Assembly (NCBI GenBank): GCA_951406725.2
Contig: OX597838.1
Location: forward strand, 7,936,001-8,000,000
DNA from: Octopus vulgaris
Lineage: Eukaryota
Reading direction: 5' to 3'
Length of the DNA stretch: 64,000 bases
Shown: piece after piece, positions 1 through 14,414 of the stretch
Layout: each line of letters starts with the position of its first letter
Numbering within the stretch: the first letter of the stretch is position 1
The notes under the pieces: generated by a model
The model's database searches: none
What the model was told of the DNA's origin: nothing
The model's input: only the letters and a program-made list of their open reading frames with translations
Position numbers and translations under genes: made by a program

Positions 1-26
1 ATACGTATATACGTATATGCATAATA

Positions 27-227
27 TACTCTTTTACTTGTTTCAGTCATTTGACTGTAGCCATGCTGGAGCACCGCCTTTACCCGAGCAAATCGACCCC
101 AGGACTTATTCTTTGTAAGCCCAGTACTTATTCTATCGGGCTCTTTTGCCAAACCGCTGAGTTACAGTGACGTAAACACACCAGCATCGAAGGTTAAGCG
201 ATGTTGGGGGACTAACACAGACACACA

Positions 228-309
<82 letters not shown>

Positions 310-467
310 GACGGGATTCTTTCAGTTTCCGTCTACCAAATCCACTCACAAGGCATTGGTCGGTCCCGGGGCTATAGCAGAAGACACTTGCCCAAGATGC
401 CACGCAGTGGGACTGAACCCGGAACCATGTGGTTGGTAAACAAGCTACTTACCACACAGCCACTCCT
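27..467 (-). mobile_element. tRNA-derived SINE family A (CORE-like domain, internal (TA)n, LINE-type tail)
   Basis: Minus strand shows an A-box-like TGGCTGTGTGG, B-box GGTTCAGTCCC, a CORE-like cttgggcaagtgtctt, an internal (TA)n and the tail ggcggtgctccagcatggc...tgactgaaacaagtaaaagag. Near-identical copies at 3841, 18311 and 61689. Confidence 0.9.
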
Positions 468-784
468 ATTCTTACCATATCTGTTTCAAAACACTGATTT
501 TATTTTAATTTATTTTGGAAAATAATACAGCACTTTTGTCATTATAAAGCTGATATTTACACCATACATCAACACGAAATTCCGAATCTATGTTTTAAGT
601 TTAACTCTTTTGTAACCATATGTCTCAAAATATTTTGAAATTAATAAAGAATTTAATGATATACATATACAACCTAACGTTTACACCACACATTAATTTT
701 GATCACGCTAACACTTTTGTTACCATATTTTTTTGTTTCAATTAATCTTGAAATTAATAAACAACTCAATGATATAAAGTTTTC

Positions 785-837
<53 letters not shown>

Positions 838-924
838 TTCACAGTGAACGTACAAGCCACCTCGGACACTCGGCAAAGAGCACCCTCGGAGGAACCGTGA
901 GGGCCGAAACGACCGGTAGGACTG

Positions 925-1204
925 CCTGTGTGGCACCCGTGCCGGGGGCACGTAAAAAGCACCATCCGAACGTGGCCGATGCCAGCACCCCCTGACTGGC
1001 TCCTGTGCCGGTGGCACGTACAAAGCACCCGCTGCACTCTCGGAGTGGTTGGCGTTAGGAAGGGCATCCAGCTGTAGAAACATTGCCAGATCAGATTGGA
1101 GCCTAATGCATTCTCCTGGCTTTCCAGATCTCAGTCACAACCGTCCAAAACCCATACCAGCATGGAAAACGAACGTTAAATGATGATGATGCTGATGCTG
1201 CTAC

Positions 1205-1234
<30 letters not shown>
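925..1234 (+). mobile_element. 5'-truncated SINE with RTE-type 3' tail
   Basis: Twice-repeated gtgccgg.ggcacgta.aaagcacc, then ggcgttaggaagggcatccagctgtagaaac and the 3' end cccataccagcatggaaaacgaacgttaaa(tga)n, typical of RTE-mobilised SINEs. Confidence 0.65.
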
Positions 1235-1235
<1 letters not shown>

Positions 1236-1240
1236 ATAGT

Positions 1241-1272
<32 letters not shown>

Positions 1273-1362
1273 AGAGTAAACACATAAATGTGAAGCAAGG
1301 TGGAAAAAGTAGTACTCGAATACCGGAGGAATAGGCTTTATTAATGTGTGTGGTGTATGTGT

Positions 1363-1417
<55 letters not shown>

Positions 1418-2027
1418 CGTGCGTGCGTGCATGTGTGTGTGCGTGTGCGTAAAACTAATATTTGCACCATCATTTAACAGGAAATTTCCGTGGAAACATT
1501 TTTTTTTTTTTTTTAAATCAGATCACTTTTAAAATCAAAATTCCTATCAAAGGAAACTAATAGCGGTCTCAGATGGGTTGGTATGAAAAGAGTTTTAACC
1601 CTTCCGATGGCCCCCTGGCTCCGTCGTTACACAACCGATATCACTTTAGCCATTTGACCTCTACAGAATCAAGAGCTAACACTTACGGCTCTCGCTTTTT
1701 CCCCCCAATTCTAACAGCACAGTGCCAAAACTTAAAAAATCGATCGACGCAGTCTATATGTCAGACAGTTTCTTTCACTCAGAATCAATCTCGGCGAGTA
1801 AATATAGGTTTTGTTGATTTACTTATTCTTCTATTTGCTTTCTCAACAATATTAATCTTTCGGACTAAAACTGCCTTTTGTTTGTTAGCCTGCATTTGAT
1901 TTGGTTTTTCAGCTTTTTAAATTTATTTTCACGTTATACATACATACATACATACACACACACATACTCACATACATACATACATACATACATATACGTA
2001 ATTGTGTGTTTGTATATATATATATGC

Positions 2028-2071
<44 letters not shown>

Positions 2072-2085
2072 GTATATATATATGC

Positions 2086-2122
<37 letters not shown>

Positions 2123-2161
2123 AATATATGTATATGTATATATATATGCATATATATATAC

Positions 2162-2192
<31 letters not shown>

Positions 2193-2209
2193 AATATAAA
2201 TATATATGC

Positions 2210-2246
<37 letters not shown>

Positions 2247-2269
2247 TATATGTATATATATATATATAT

Positions 2270-2312
<43 letters not shown>

Positions 2313-2329
2313 TATGTATATATATATAC

Positions 2330-2361
<32 letters not shown>

Positions 2362-2524
2362 GTATGTATGTATGTATGTATATATGTATGTATGTGTGTG
2401 TGTGTGCGTATATACTTTTTTCACAATTTTTATTTTATTTAAAATATTTTTCTCCATTTGCAATCTTAATACACCAAAAAATTCCCATGAGAAATAATAA
2501 ACCTTCACAGCGAAATGGTCCGTT

Positions 2525-2603
<79 letters not shown>

Positions 2604-2832
2604 AGCGGGTCTGCGTTTTAATAAGAGGAATGGATAGAGAAAAAGTGAAGGACTTTTTCGATGTATAACAGAGAGAGAGAGAGGGGGGGAGAGGGAAAGA
2701 GCGAAAGAGAGCGCTTTAACATGGAGATACGCTATTTTCGTCCGCTCAAATCTGTGTTTCTAACTAGAAGGTGGCTTTGTATGTAGGCATGATGTGTGCG
2801 TGAATGTATTACAGGCATATATGTGTGTGTAT

Positions 2833-2875
<43 letters not shown>

Positions 2876-3012
2876 GATTTATGCATATTAATATATACAT
2901 ATATACACGAACACACACACACGCGTGCATACATACACACGCACACACAAGCGCGCGCATATATATACGTGTATATATATATATATAGATACAGATATAG
3001 ATATATGTATGC

Positions 3013-3045
<33 letters not shown>

Positions 3046-3073
3046 CTGGTACATGTATGTATATAAATGTATA

Positions 3074-3121
<48 letters not shown>

Positions 3122-3145
3122 CGGCGTACGTACACTTTGTTCTCT

Positions 3146-3185
<40 letters not shown>

Positions 3186-3840
3186 TATAAACGTATTCAT
3201 ATATGATATATATGTATAACTGTATATATTTGTGTGTGTACATATATCTATGTACGTGTGTATGAATATATATATACACACACACATACACACACTCACA
3301 CACACAAGGGGGGGAGTTTTGTTTATGAAGTGATACGAAGATTAAAAATGTTGAATACAACTATGTATTGTGGAAATAAATCTGGGTACATATGTGTACG
3401 GATACTTATATACGGGTGGGCGCTCGACAGTAAGTGTTTAAATGCTGATGAGAGGTACAGAAGCACAGCTTAGAAAGTGTGTGACAACATTCGAATCACA
3501 CTCGGATATGCTCACACCTGAATCTGAACGACCCAGGTTTCAGAAGACAATTAAAATCATGGAATATCTTGATTGTGTTTAAACAGCTGTCCTTCACACC
3601 TATGTGGGTGGGTTATCCTTATTTGGAATTATTCGACTAGATTTCTGGCCTCATATCTAGCGTTTCCTTAGAATAATTTATCCTTTTTTACCCACACCAG
3701 TTTAATGAACAAACATATATTGGTATGCTTCGTAACGAAACGTTTTAAGTACGAAACATAAAGATTTTACTCTAGAACTGCTTATTATGATTCTAGTTCT
3801 GTCTTCATTTTGGAACGCTATTGTAAATCAGTGAATAGTT

Positions 3841-4255
3841 TACTCTTTTACTCTTTTACTTGTTTCAGTCATTTGACTGCGGCCATGCTGGAGCACCGCC
3901 TTTAATCTCGAGCAACGCGACCCCCAGGACTTATTCTTTTGTAAGCCCAGTACTTATTCTATCGGTCTCTTTTGCCGAACCGCTAAGTGACGGGGACGTA
4001 AACACACCAGCATCGGTTGTCAAGCAATGCTAGGGGGACAAACACAGACACACAAACACAGACACACACACATATATTTACATACATATATACGACGGGC
4101 TTCTTTCAGTTTCCGTCTACCAAATCCACTCACAAGGCATTGGTCGGCCCGGGGCTATAGCAGAAGACACTCGCCCAAGATGCCACGCAGTGGGACTGAA
4201 CCCGGAACCATGTGGCTGGTTAGCAAGCTACTTACCACACAGCCACTCCTGCGCC
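3841..4255 (-). mobile_element. SINE family A, full length
   Basis: Colinear with 27-467; starts ggcgcaggagtggctgtgtgg on the minus strand. Confidence 0.9.
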
Positions 4256-4400
4256 TCCTCTATGTAATTCAGACTGAGAAGTGAGACGCGGACGTGACGC
4301 TGACAAGCGGCAAGAAGGGCGAAATACGCATTTGTCACATCGGAGACGATTTCGTTTTGCCAACCCCTGAAGTATAATTGTGTGTCTTAGCACAATATTT

Positions 4401-4611
4401 CTTTTATTTGTTTTTATTTGTTTCAGTCATTTGACCGCGGCCAGGCTGGAACACCGGCTTTAGCCGAACAAATCGACACCCAGGACTTATTCTTTGTAAG
4501 CCTGGTACTTATTCTATCAGTCACTTTTGCCGAACCGCTAATTTACGGGGACGTGAACACACCGACATCGGTTGTCGGGCGATGATGGGGGACAAACACA
4601 GACACACAAAC

Positions 4612-4653
<42 letters not shown>

Positions 4654-4665
4654 CTATATATAAAT

Positions 4666-4722
<57 letters not shown>

Positions 4723-5052
4723 GAAGGCGCATGGCTCAGTGGTTAGAGCGTCGAGCTTACGATCGTGAAGTTTTGAGTTCGATTCCCGGACCGGGATGCG
4801 TGTTGTGTTCTTGAGCAAGACACTTTATTTCGCGTTAGTCCAGTTAACTCAGCTATAGAAATGAGTTGCGATATCACTGATGCCAAGCTGTATTGGCCTT
4901 TGCCTTTCCCTTGGATAACATCGGTGGTGTGGAGAGGGAGGCGGGTATGCATGGCCAACTGCTGACCTTCCACAACCAACCTTGCCTGGACTGGTGCCTT
5001 GGAGGGTCATTTCTAGGTGCAATCCCATGGTCATTCATGACAGAAGGGGGTC

Positions 5053-5083
<31 letters not shown>

Positions 5084-5246
5084 CGACGGGCTTTTTTCAG
5101 TTTCGATCTATCAAATCCACTCCCAAGGCTTTGGTCGGCCCGAGGCTGTAGTTTGAGACGCTTGCTTAAGGTGCCACGCAGTAGGACTGAAGCCAGAACC
5201 ATGTGGTTGGTAAGCAAGCTACTTACATCATAGCCGCTCCTGCGTC
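4401..5246 (-). mobile_element. SINE family A split by a nested SINE in its internal (TA)n
   Basis: 3' half at 4401-4620 and 5' half at 5080-5246, with the insertion and TA tracts between them. Confidence 0.85.
4721..5055 (+). mobile_element. tRNA-derived SINE family D (CORE/V-like central domain)
   Basis: A-box tggctcagtggttagagcg, B-box gagttcgattccc, central tgttgtgttcttgagcaagacacttta; (TA)n on both sides. Confidence 0.8.
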
Positions 5247-5365
5247 TGAAAAAAAACAGCCATTTTTCTGGATGTTGTAAGGAAACAATGTCGGAGAGGG
5301 GTGAAATCAAACCTGTGTATTACTAAATGATATTTTTATCGACATACGAAAAAATGCCATCCGTA

Positions 5366-5411
5366 GGTTCCGTACACCATGCGGATGTGATAACCACTAC
5401 ACCATGGAACC
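5366..5411 (-). pseudogene. tRNA-Val(TAC)-like remnant with anticodon loop and T arm missing
   Basis: Minus strand GGTTCCATGGTGTAGTGGTTATCACATCCGC matches the 5' part of metazoan tRNA-Val(TAC). It closes with the acceptor GGAACC, and a T6 run lies about 10 nt downstream. Confidence 0.6.
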
Positions 5412-6408
5412 TTGACATGCCTTTGAAAGGATTTTTCTCGGGCGGAAAACTACACCTTTTGGCTTCTCGAAGACACGGAACGTTATGTAAATAACGTTTT
5501 CCACTAGAGTTTATTCCACACACTGTGTACATGGAATTGTGACATTTTTCGAGTTATTTGTTTTGAAATAACATCTCTTATGGACGTACAGTCTGGGAAA
5601 CACAGCAAACGTCAGCGGGAGACAAACATCCGTTAGAACACAAGCCACCGAGAATACATCTTTGAAAATGCTGCAAAAAACTCACAACATACCTGGCGCT
5701 TTCGCTGACCTATGCTGCGACGAGTTCTTCTTTCACCTTGACATTATATTGTTTTTTAACACAGAACGTCCGTAAAAGATGTTATATCAAGATAAATATC
5801 GTACAAACCGACATTTACATAGTGTGTATACATTACGTATGATGCACAGAAAGCTTCCTGAAATACATATAATGAACATAGAAATCTCTCGTTCTTTATC
5901 TCTCTCTCTCACTAGGAAAGGAGGAGAGAGGGAGAAATATGACGTATTAGCTAAGCATGCGGCAACTTGTAGACTCGCACTCCTGATGATGCGCAAAAAA
6001 TACAGAAATATGGATTTAACAAATCTACTGCCGCTCCTAGACGCTTATATACATGCATGTGTATGTTTGTGTGTGTGTGTGTGTGTGCATGTACATGCGT
6101 ACATGTGTGTGTATGTGTGTTACTCATATATATATGTGCATTAAGATATATATATATTAATATATGTATATGTATATATATATGCATACATATATAAATG
6201 TTTCTTTATTTGTTTAATTACTTATTTATTTGTATATGTATATGTGCGTGTGTCTATGTGTGTGTGTGTGTGTACCAGTAATTTAATGCGTCCAATTAGA
6301 CTGATTGAGTTTTCTCCTAAATAAACATTACGAAAATGTTCAATCAGTTTGAAGTAATGAATGGGCGTCCTTCTTTCTCCATTGTTTCGTATTTAAAACC
6401 AAATAACC

Positions 6409-6473
<65 letters not shown>

Positions 6474-6714
6474 TAATAGTAATAATAATAATAATAAACA
6501 ATTAATTGACAGACATATTGATTACCCAGAATTACATTTCTAAAACACTTAAAAAAACGTTTGATTAAACTAGACGCATACTCCAGGGTAGTGTTGAGTA
6601 CACTCTGGAGAGAGGGGGGTGTTTATGGTAGAACAGCCCTGACTTCATTTTCTTGATTACAATCACGCAAATTCATTCGATTCGAAACTTTCTGATGCAC
6701 CGGCAGAACGGGAA

Positions 6715-6811
<97 letters not shown>

Positions 6812-7275
6812 AATATATGCATATATACATACATACATATACAAACACACACATACATATATTCATGTATGTATGTATTTATACATGTCTGCATATATTT
6901 ATTCACAGTGTGTGTGTATGTATGTGTGTGTGCGCGTGTGTGTGTGTATACATATTGATGTGTATATGTGTGTGTGTGTGTGCATAAGATTATTTATTTG
7001 GTTACATATGTACATCCATATCTATGTATATTTATATGCATATACATATATGTGTGAATATGTGTACATATATGCACATATATGTATACAAATACGTACA
7101 TAAATATATATATGTATGTATATACATGTCTGTATGTTTGTATAATTGTACATATATATATGTATGTAGACTTAAGTATATATATACATACATCCATATA
7201 TTTTATATAAACATATATACAAACATTCACACACATCAACACACACACTTAAATATATGCAAATATACAAATATG

Positions 7276-7309
<34 letters not shown>

Positions 7310-7328
7310 TATGTATACATATATATAC

Positions 7329-7359
<31 letters not shown>

Positions 7360-7383
7360 CATATACATATATATATATATATA

Positions 7384-7448
<65 letters not shown>

Positions 7449-7878
7449 ATATATGGATATATACGTATACGTGCGTGCACACATAAAACACGAAATAATA
7501 AAAAGTAGAAAAAATAGCAACAAAAAAAAAGAAAAAAAACATTACGATTCGATAATATAAAACAGATAAAACATAAAGAATGAGCGAAGAGTAATCGAAT
7601 TAAATTTCAACAAGTTGAGTCTGCTTGGACACTCGATATTGTTTTAGAGCCGAGTCTCTTCAACTCCCCAAACGGTTGTTTAGTCGGGCCAATATCGGTA
7701 ATGCTTTAGTTTTTGTTTTATGGTGAAGACAACTTGAAATAAATCCTGGCGAAACATTACAACACTGTTTGGGTTTTGAAAATGGTCGCTCTTGTTGTTT
7801 ATTTCACCATAAATAAGCTACAGTACATTCGTTGATTATATACTCGCGGTGTTTCGGTGGTGTTGTTGTTCTTGTTAG

Positions 7879-8397
<519 letters not shown>

Positions 8398-9410
8398 GAG
8401 TGAAAGAGAGCAATGCGTGCCTTATTGCAGCCCGTATTTCTTCCATGTACTTCTCAAGATTTTTACTCACTTTTCCTAGAGCTCCATCAATTCTTGGTAC
8501 TACTACCAGCTTTTTCATCGACCACAACTGCTTAACTTCCCAAGCTAACCTGTCATATCTCTCGACTTTTCTTTCTTCCTTATCGCATACCTTGTTGTCA
8601 GCTGGGCATGCTATGTCTATGATCCAGTATAGTTTGCTTTCTTTCTCAATTAAGACTATGTCTGGCTTCCTATTCCCTATCTCATGGTCGCACTGAATCA
8701 TAAAATCCCACAGGATCTTTACATTATCATTTTCGATGATGCCTGCGGGTTTATTTTCGATGATGTCTTTGAGTTTATATTCGTACCACTTTTGTGCTCT
8801 GTCAAGCCCATACTTGTTGCAAAGTATCCAATGGACAATCCTTGCTTTATTGTCATGACGTTTCTTATATTCTTCCTGGTGAGTGGCTTACATTGACTGG
8901 TAATATGCCATACAGTTTCACCATTTTGTCCACAAATTCTGCTCTTATTACTTTCTGATGTGCTGTCTATTCTGTAATTGATGTAATTGGTTCTTAATGC
9001 TTGCTCTTGGGCAGCACAGATTAGAGCCTCTGTTTCCGGTTTTAAATCAAAACTTACACCCAATCAAAATCTTACTTCCAATAATAACGGTTCTGTGGCA
9101 TTTTTTACATACCATGCTAAGTTGTTTTCTTCTGCTCTAATTCTGTGTTCGCATCCAATCAGCCCTCTTCCCCCTCTTTTTCTTGGTACATACAGCCACT
9201 TTTTGTGTGGAGTATCCCATATCTAGTCAGCAACTTCCTTGTCTTTCTGACTAAGCTGTTTAGTTCGTCTACTCTCCATGCGATTACCCCTGCTCCATAT
9301 CTAAGGAGAGAAACCGCCCAGGTGTTGATAGCTCCAGTCTTATTCCGTCCGTTTCATTTCGATTTAAGGATCACTCTCAGTCTGCGCAAGTACTCCACCT
9401 TAAATTTTGT
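8398..9410 (-). mobile_element. Decayed R4/Dong-clade non-LTR retrotransposon (RT thumb, zinc knuckle, restriction-like endonuclease)
   Basis: Minus-strand translations: INTWAVSLLRYGAG...LYVPRKRGGRGL, ETEALICAAQEQALRT...SRICGQNGETVWHITSQC (degenerate CCHC), and RKPDIVLIEK...IIDIACP...KVERY. Frameshifted and deleted; the 3' end abuts (TAA)n. Confidence 0.9.
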
Positions 9411-9413
9411 GTA

Positions 9414-9535
9414 TTCGGGTTCCGCGCTACTTCAAGTTTTTCAAGTTTCGAAGCCCCTAACCGAACCTATCTCATCAGCCTGCAGAGATAGGCTCCGATA
9501 GGGGCTTGGGAACTTGAAGTAGTACGGAATTCGAA
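9414..9535. repeat. Imperfect ~120-bp palindrome (MITE-like)
   Basis: ttccgcgctacttcaagtt..aagcccctaaccgaacctatctc pairs with gagataggctccgataggggcttgggaacttgaagtagtacggaa around an 11-nt loop. Confidence 0.7.
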
Positions 9536-9765
9536 CCAAACTGTTTGAATTAATATCTGTTACTCCTAATAAATGTATAGTGTGCCCTCATACATGTGTG
9601 TGTGAAGGGGTGTCTGTCTATCTGTGTCTCTGTGCAAGTACACACACACATACACACTGGCTACTTGTGACCGACAAACAAGGAAGCCTCTACGTGTTCA
9701 CTCGGTTTGCTAGAAATATCGGCGAAATCACTTTCACATCACAACAAATAGAGCTTTGAGTAATA

Positions 9766-10343
9766 TATTAGGTTGTCCGGAAAGTTCGTGCCGATTTTTA
9801 AAGGAAAGAAAAAGGTCAATAAATACTTGCCATTGCCCAAGCTTCACCAGGTGCTCATGAACGACGGATTTTGATAGGTTGAGGCCTTTTTGCCAATTCT
9901 CGGCTTGTGCAATGTGGGTTATTCTCAATTAATGACTTGATTTGGTCATCATCTGTAGTGGATGGTCTGCCTGATCGCTCTTTATCAATAAGGCTACAAT
10001 CTCCAGCTCGGAACCTTGCGAACCACTTCCGTACAGTTCTTTCGGATAAAGAAACATCACCGTAAACTGCGCATATTTCTTTCGTTGCTTGTGAGGCATT
10101 TTCCCTTTACGGAAAAAGAAAAGCATCAAGTGCCGAAAATGAACTTTCTTACCTTCCATTTTAAAGTGTCACAGAATTAACACAGGTTATAGGAACATAA
10201 ACATTCTTCCACGAAAAGATAGCTTAAACTGTGCTGTAAATGGAGGTGTAGTCAAATCCTATTTTATGGACTCAAAAATATTCTAAAATAAGTCGAAAGG
10301 TAAGCTACTATAAATCGGCACGAACTTTCCAGACAACTCAATA
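9766..10343 (-). mobile_element. Internally deleted mariner transposon with both TIRs
   Basis: TIRs ttaggttgtccggaaagttcgtgccgattt and aaatcggcacgaactttccagacaactcaa. N-terminal transposase MEGKKVHFRHLMLFFFRKGK, then a frameshift to ...ERTVRKWFARFRAG...RSGRP. Confidence 0.9.
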
Positions 10344-10764
10344 ATTCCAAAGATGCTGTACGTGGAAAATATATGTGTTGGTCACGGTTGAAATAATATT
10401 GATCATAAGTCTCCTCTTTCAGACCTGACCTGGGGTTAAACAAGAACAGCATTACAAGATATATTTAGCCCCAAAACATAACATTACGAACAATGGAAAA
10501 CAAAAAAGAAAGATGGCTGTACCCTTGAGGCCATGGGGATTGCGTAGTTCCAGTTTTGATTCTTGAAGAAGACTACCAAAAATATAGCCTGCAAAATGCT
10601 GCGTAGCCAGAATTCTATAAATCAATATTTGGTTAAAATATTGGCAAAGTAAACAAATTGAGCAGAGATAAATGGATTTTGGAAGAGAAGGAAAAATTAT
10701 TCCGAAACTTTATTTAGACTTCGCTACATATATACTCTAGCATAAATGTATATATATATATATG

Positions 10765-10879
<115 letters not shown>

Positions 10880-11034
10880 ATATATGTGTGTATATATATA
10901 TATGTATATATGTGTATGTATGTATATATATGTATATATATATATTTACTGTATATATATATTTATGTGTGTGTACGTATATATATATATTTATATGTGT
11001 GTATATATATATATATACATAAATCAGTTTGATA

Positions 11035-11082
<48 letters not shown>

Positions 11083-11474
11083 CATGTATGTACGTATGTA
11101 TGTATGTATATGAAGCACAGTGTAGATGTAAACAACAACGAGTATACACACGCATATACATATATACATATATATACATATATATAAGTGTATAATTGCG
11201 TCCGTGTGTGTGTACGTGTTTGCGCGTGTTCTCTATTCCCAAGACGAGACGACCAAAAACAGCAGTGTAATTCCGAGAGATACAGTAACCCTGATATAAA
11301 AGTATCGTCAGATCCCAAAAGTGGAGATAAATTGTGAAGATACGAACCGGAGCAGACTAAAATACATCGGAAAAAAGACTGGAGTCTTTTAAGAGAACAC
11401 AAAGTGCACAGTACGAAATAGAAACTAGAAATAAAATGAAACACAAACCAGAAACGTTAGTTGAGTAAGTATAG

Positions 11475-11637
<163 letters not shown>

Positions 11638-11763
11638 TACATATATATACACACATACATATATATATACATGCATAAATCTATATCTATATCTATCATT
11701 CTATATATATGTATGTATATATGTATATAGAGAGAGAAAGAGAGATAGACGCATATATCTATA

Positions 11764-11812
<49 letters not shown>

Positions 11813-11832
11813 ATACTTATATATATATTTAT

Positions 11833-11919
<87 letters not shown>

Positions 11920-11984
11920 CATATGGTATAATTATAAACAGGGCAAATTTTAGCCATTTCTCCGTAGACTGAAAAAATGAACAA

Positions 11985-12027
11985 ACTTGATCGATTTTCG
12001 AACCTTCTTGGGTTCTCATCAGAGGTG
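11985..12027 (-). ncRNA. Minimal hammerhead-like motif
   Basis: Minus strand CTGATGA-GAACC-caagaa-GGTTC-GAAA-ATCGATC with a perfect 5-bp stem II; stem I is weak. Relative at 59095. Confidence 0.55.
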
Positions 12028-12092
12028 TCCACATATGTATATATATATATATATATATGTGTGTGTTATTACGTGGAAAAACTTACAGTCTT

Positions 12093-12165
<73 letters not shown>

Positions 12166-12176
12166 CAAATACATAC

Positions 12177-12281
<105 letters not shown>

Positions 12282-12576
12282 TGTATATACAGCAGACGCA
12301 AGACTACCGGAAGAACTGAATTTGATTAAATTTAGAAATATATGCAAGAACAAACAGTAAAAGAGAAGAAATAATACGAAGAAAGTGGATATGAGAAAAA
12401 TATGAGCCAGAAAAGTTCTGAAAAAGAAAGTTTTTTTCCTGATGATAATAATTTAGATATCTTTTATCTTTTACTTGTTCCAGTGATTAGACTGCGGCCA
12501 GGCTGGGGCACCGATCTGAAGGAATTTAGTCGAAAGATTCGACTTCAGTACTTTATTTTGTGTTTATATATATATA

Positions 12577-12726
12577 TATTTTTTTTATTGCCCACATGGG
12601 GCTAAACATAGAGGGGACAAACAAGGACAAACAAAGAGATTAAGTCGATTACATCGACCCCAGTGCGTAACTGGTACTTTATTTATCGACCCCGAAATGA
12701 TGAAAGGCAAAGACGACCTTAGTGGA

Positions 12727-12730
<4 letters not shown>
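12577..12730 (-). mobile_element. Meta-domain SINE family C (partial)
   Basis: Reverse complement of part of 12769-13090. Confidence 0.85.
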
Positions 12731-12768
<38 letters not shown>

Positions 12769-12771
<3 letters not shown>

Positions 12772-13090
12772 CTGACAGAAACGTTAGCACGCCGGGCGAA
12801 ATGCGTAGCCGCATTTCGTCTGCCGTTACGTTCTGAGTTCAAACTCCGTCGAGGTCGACTTTGCCTTTCATCCTTTCGAGGTCGATTAAATAAGTACCAG
12901 TTACGCACTGGGGTCGATATAATCGACTTAATCCGTTTGTCTGTCCTTGTTTGTCCTCTCTGTGTTTAGCCCCTTGTGGGTAGTAAAGAAATAGGTATTT
13001 CGTCTGCCGTTTCGTTCTGAGTTCAAATTCCACTAAGGTCGACTTTGCCTTTCATCATTTCGGGGTCGATAAATAAAGTACCAGTTACGT
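12769..13090 (+). mobile_element. Meta-domain SINE family C, dimeric form
   Basis: Head gagctgacagaaacgttagc, B-box gagttcaaa.tcc and Meta-like ggtcgactttgcctttcatcctttcg.ggtcgat..ataagtaccag; the B-box and Meta block occur twice. Confidence 0.85.
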
Positions 13091-13222
13091 ATATGATGGT
13101 GGCGTGGAGGTAGTAATGATGATAATGAAAAGATAGCGTAGGAAGATAATGTATATGATGATGATGATAATGATGGTGATGGTAGTGGTGGTCGTGGTGG
13201 TGGTGGCGGTAAGGGTGATACA

Positions 13223-13257
<35 letters not shown>

Positions 13258-13324
13258 CAATGATGGTGGTGGTGACGACAACGACGACGATGATGATGAT
13301 GGTGGTGTCGGTAGTGGTGATAGA

Positions 13325-13361
<37 letters not shown>

Positions 13362-13362
13362 T

Positions 13363-13405
<43 letters not shown>

Positions 13406-13561
13406 AATGATGATGATGGTGGTGGTGGTGACGACGATGACGACGACGTTGATGATGACGATGATGATAATGACGGTGTAATAGAAAAGGATTCCAAGAT
13501 AGATTAAAGAGAAGTCACATATACGCATATATATATATATATGTATATATATATGCATATA

Positions 13562-13613
<52 letters not shown>

Positions 13614-13658
13614 TACATATATATATATACATATATATATATACATATATATATATAC

Positions 13659-13735
<77 letters not shown>

Positions 13736-13829
13736 AAAAAGGGTGGAATATAATTAATTTAATAAAATTAATAAATTTCACCTTGTAGGTTTATCGGTAT
13801 GGAAAAGACCATATTTGGTAAGGGTTAGA

Positions 13830-14003
13830 ATAATTATAATTAAGGGTTAATTGCAACAAGTTGCTCAAAACCACATACCGAAAATATTAGAAATAGCAGC
13901 TAAATTGATACTATTTCTCCTACTAATAAAAAGTCTCCACAAACAATATTTTCGGTATGTGGTTTTGAGCAACTTGTTGCAATTAACCCTTAATTATAAT
14001 TAT
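13830..14003. repeat. Fold-back with perfect 59-bp inverted repeats and a 56-bp spacer
   Basis: 13830-13888 is the exact reverse complement of 13945-14003. Confidence 0.9.
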
Positions 14004-14319
14004 GTACATATATATGTATACATATATAAATATATATATATATATGTTCTGTGTTCAAATTCCTCCTAAGTCGAATTTCCCTTTCTTCCTTTCGGGAGTA
14101 CTGGGGTCGATGTAAGGCAGTTACCAGCTTCCCTGAAATTTCTGGCCTTCTGCCAAACTTAAAATTCAATATTAATCAATCACTGATAAATCTTAGAATT
14201 TGAACTTTCAGGGGAAATAACTCAGAATAATTTGACGTGAGTTATCGTTCTTCTGCAATAATATTCTCGATGGTGGGGAGAAAAAATAAAAAATTTGCAT
14301 AAAGTAAAGACACCTAGGC

Positions 14320-14414
<95 letters not shown>

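Noticed and set aside
470-790. Three loosely repeated ttttg.taccatat units
   Set aside because: Too diverged to define a unit, and there is no CRISPR-like repeat-spacer regularity here or elsewhere in the window.
3445-3480. CTGATGAG...GAAAG
   Set aside because: No stem II.
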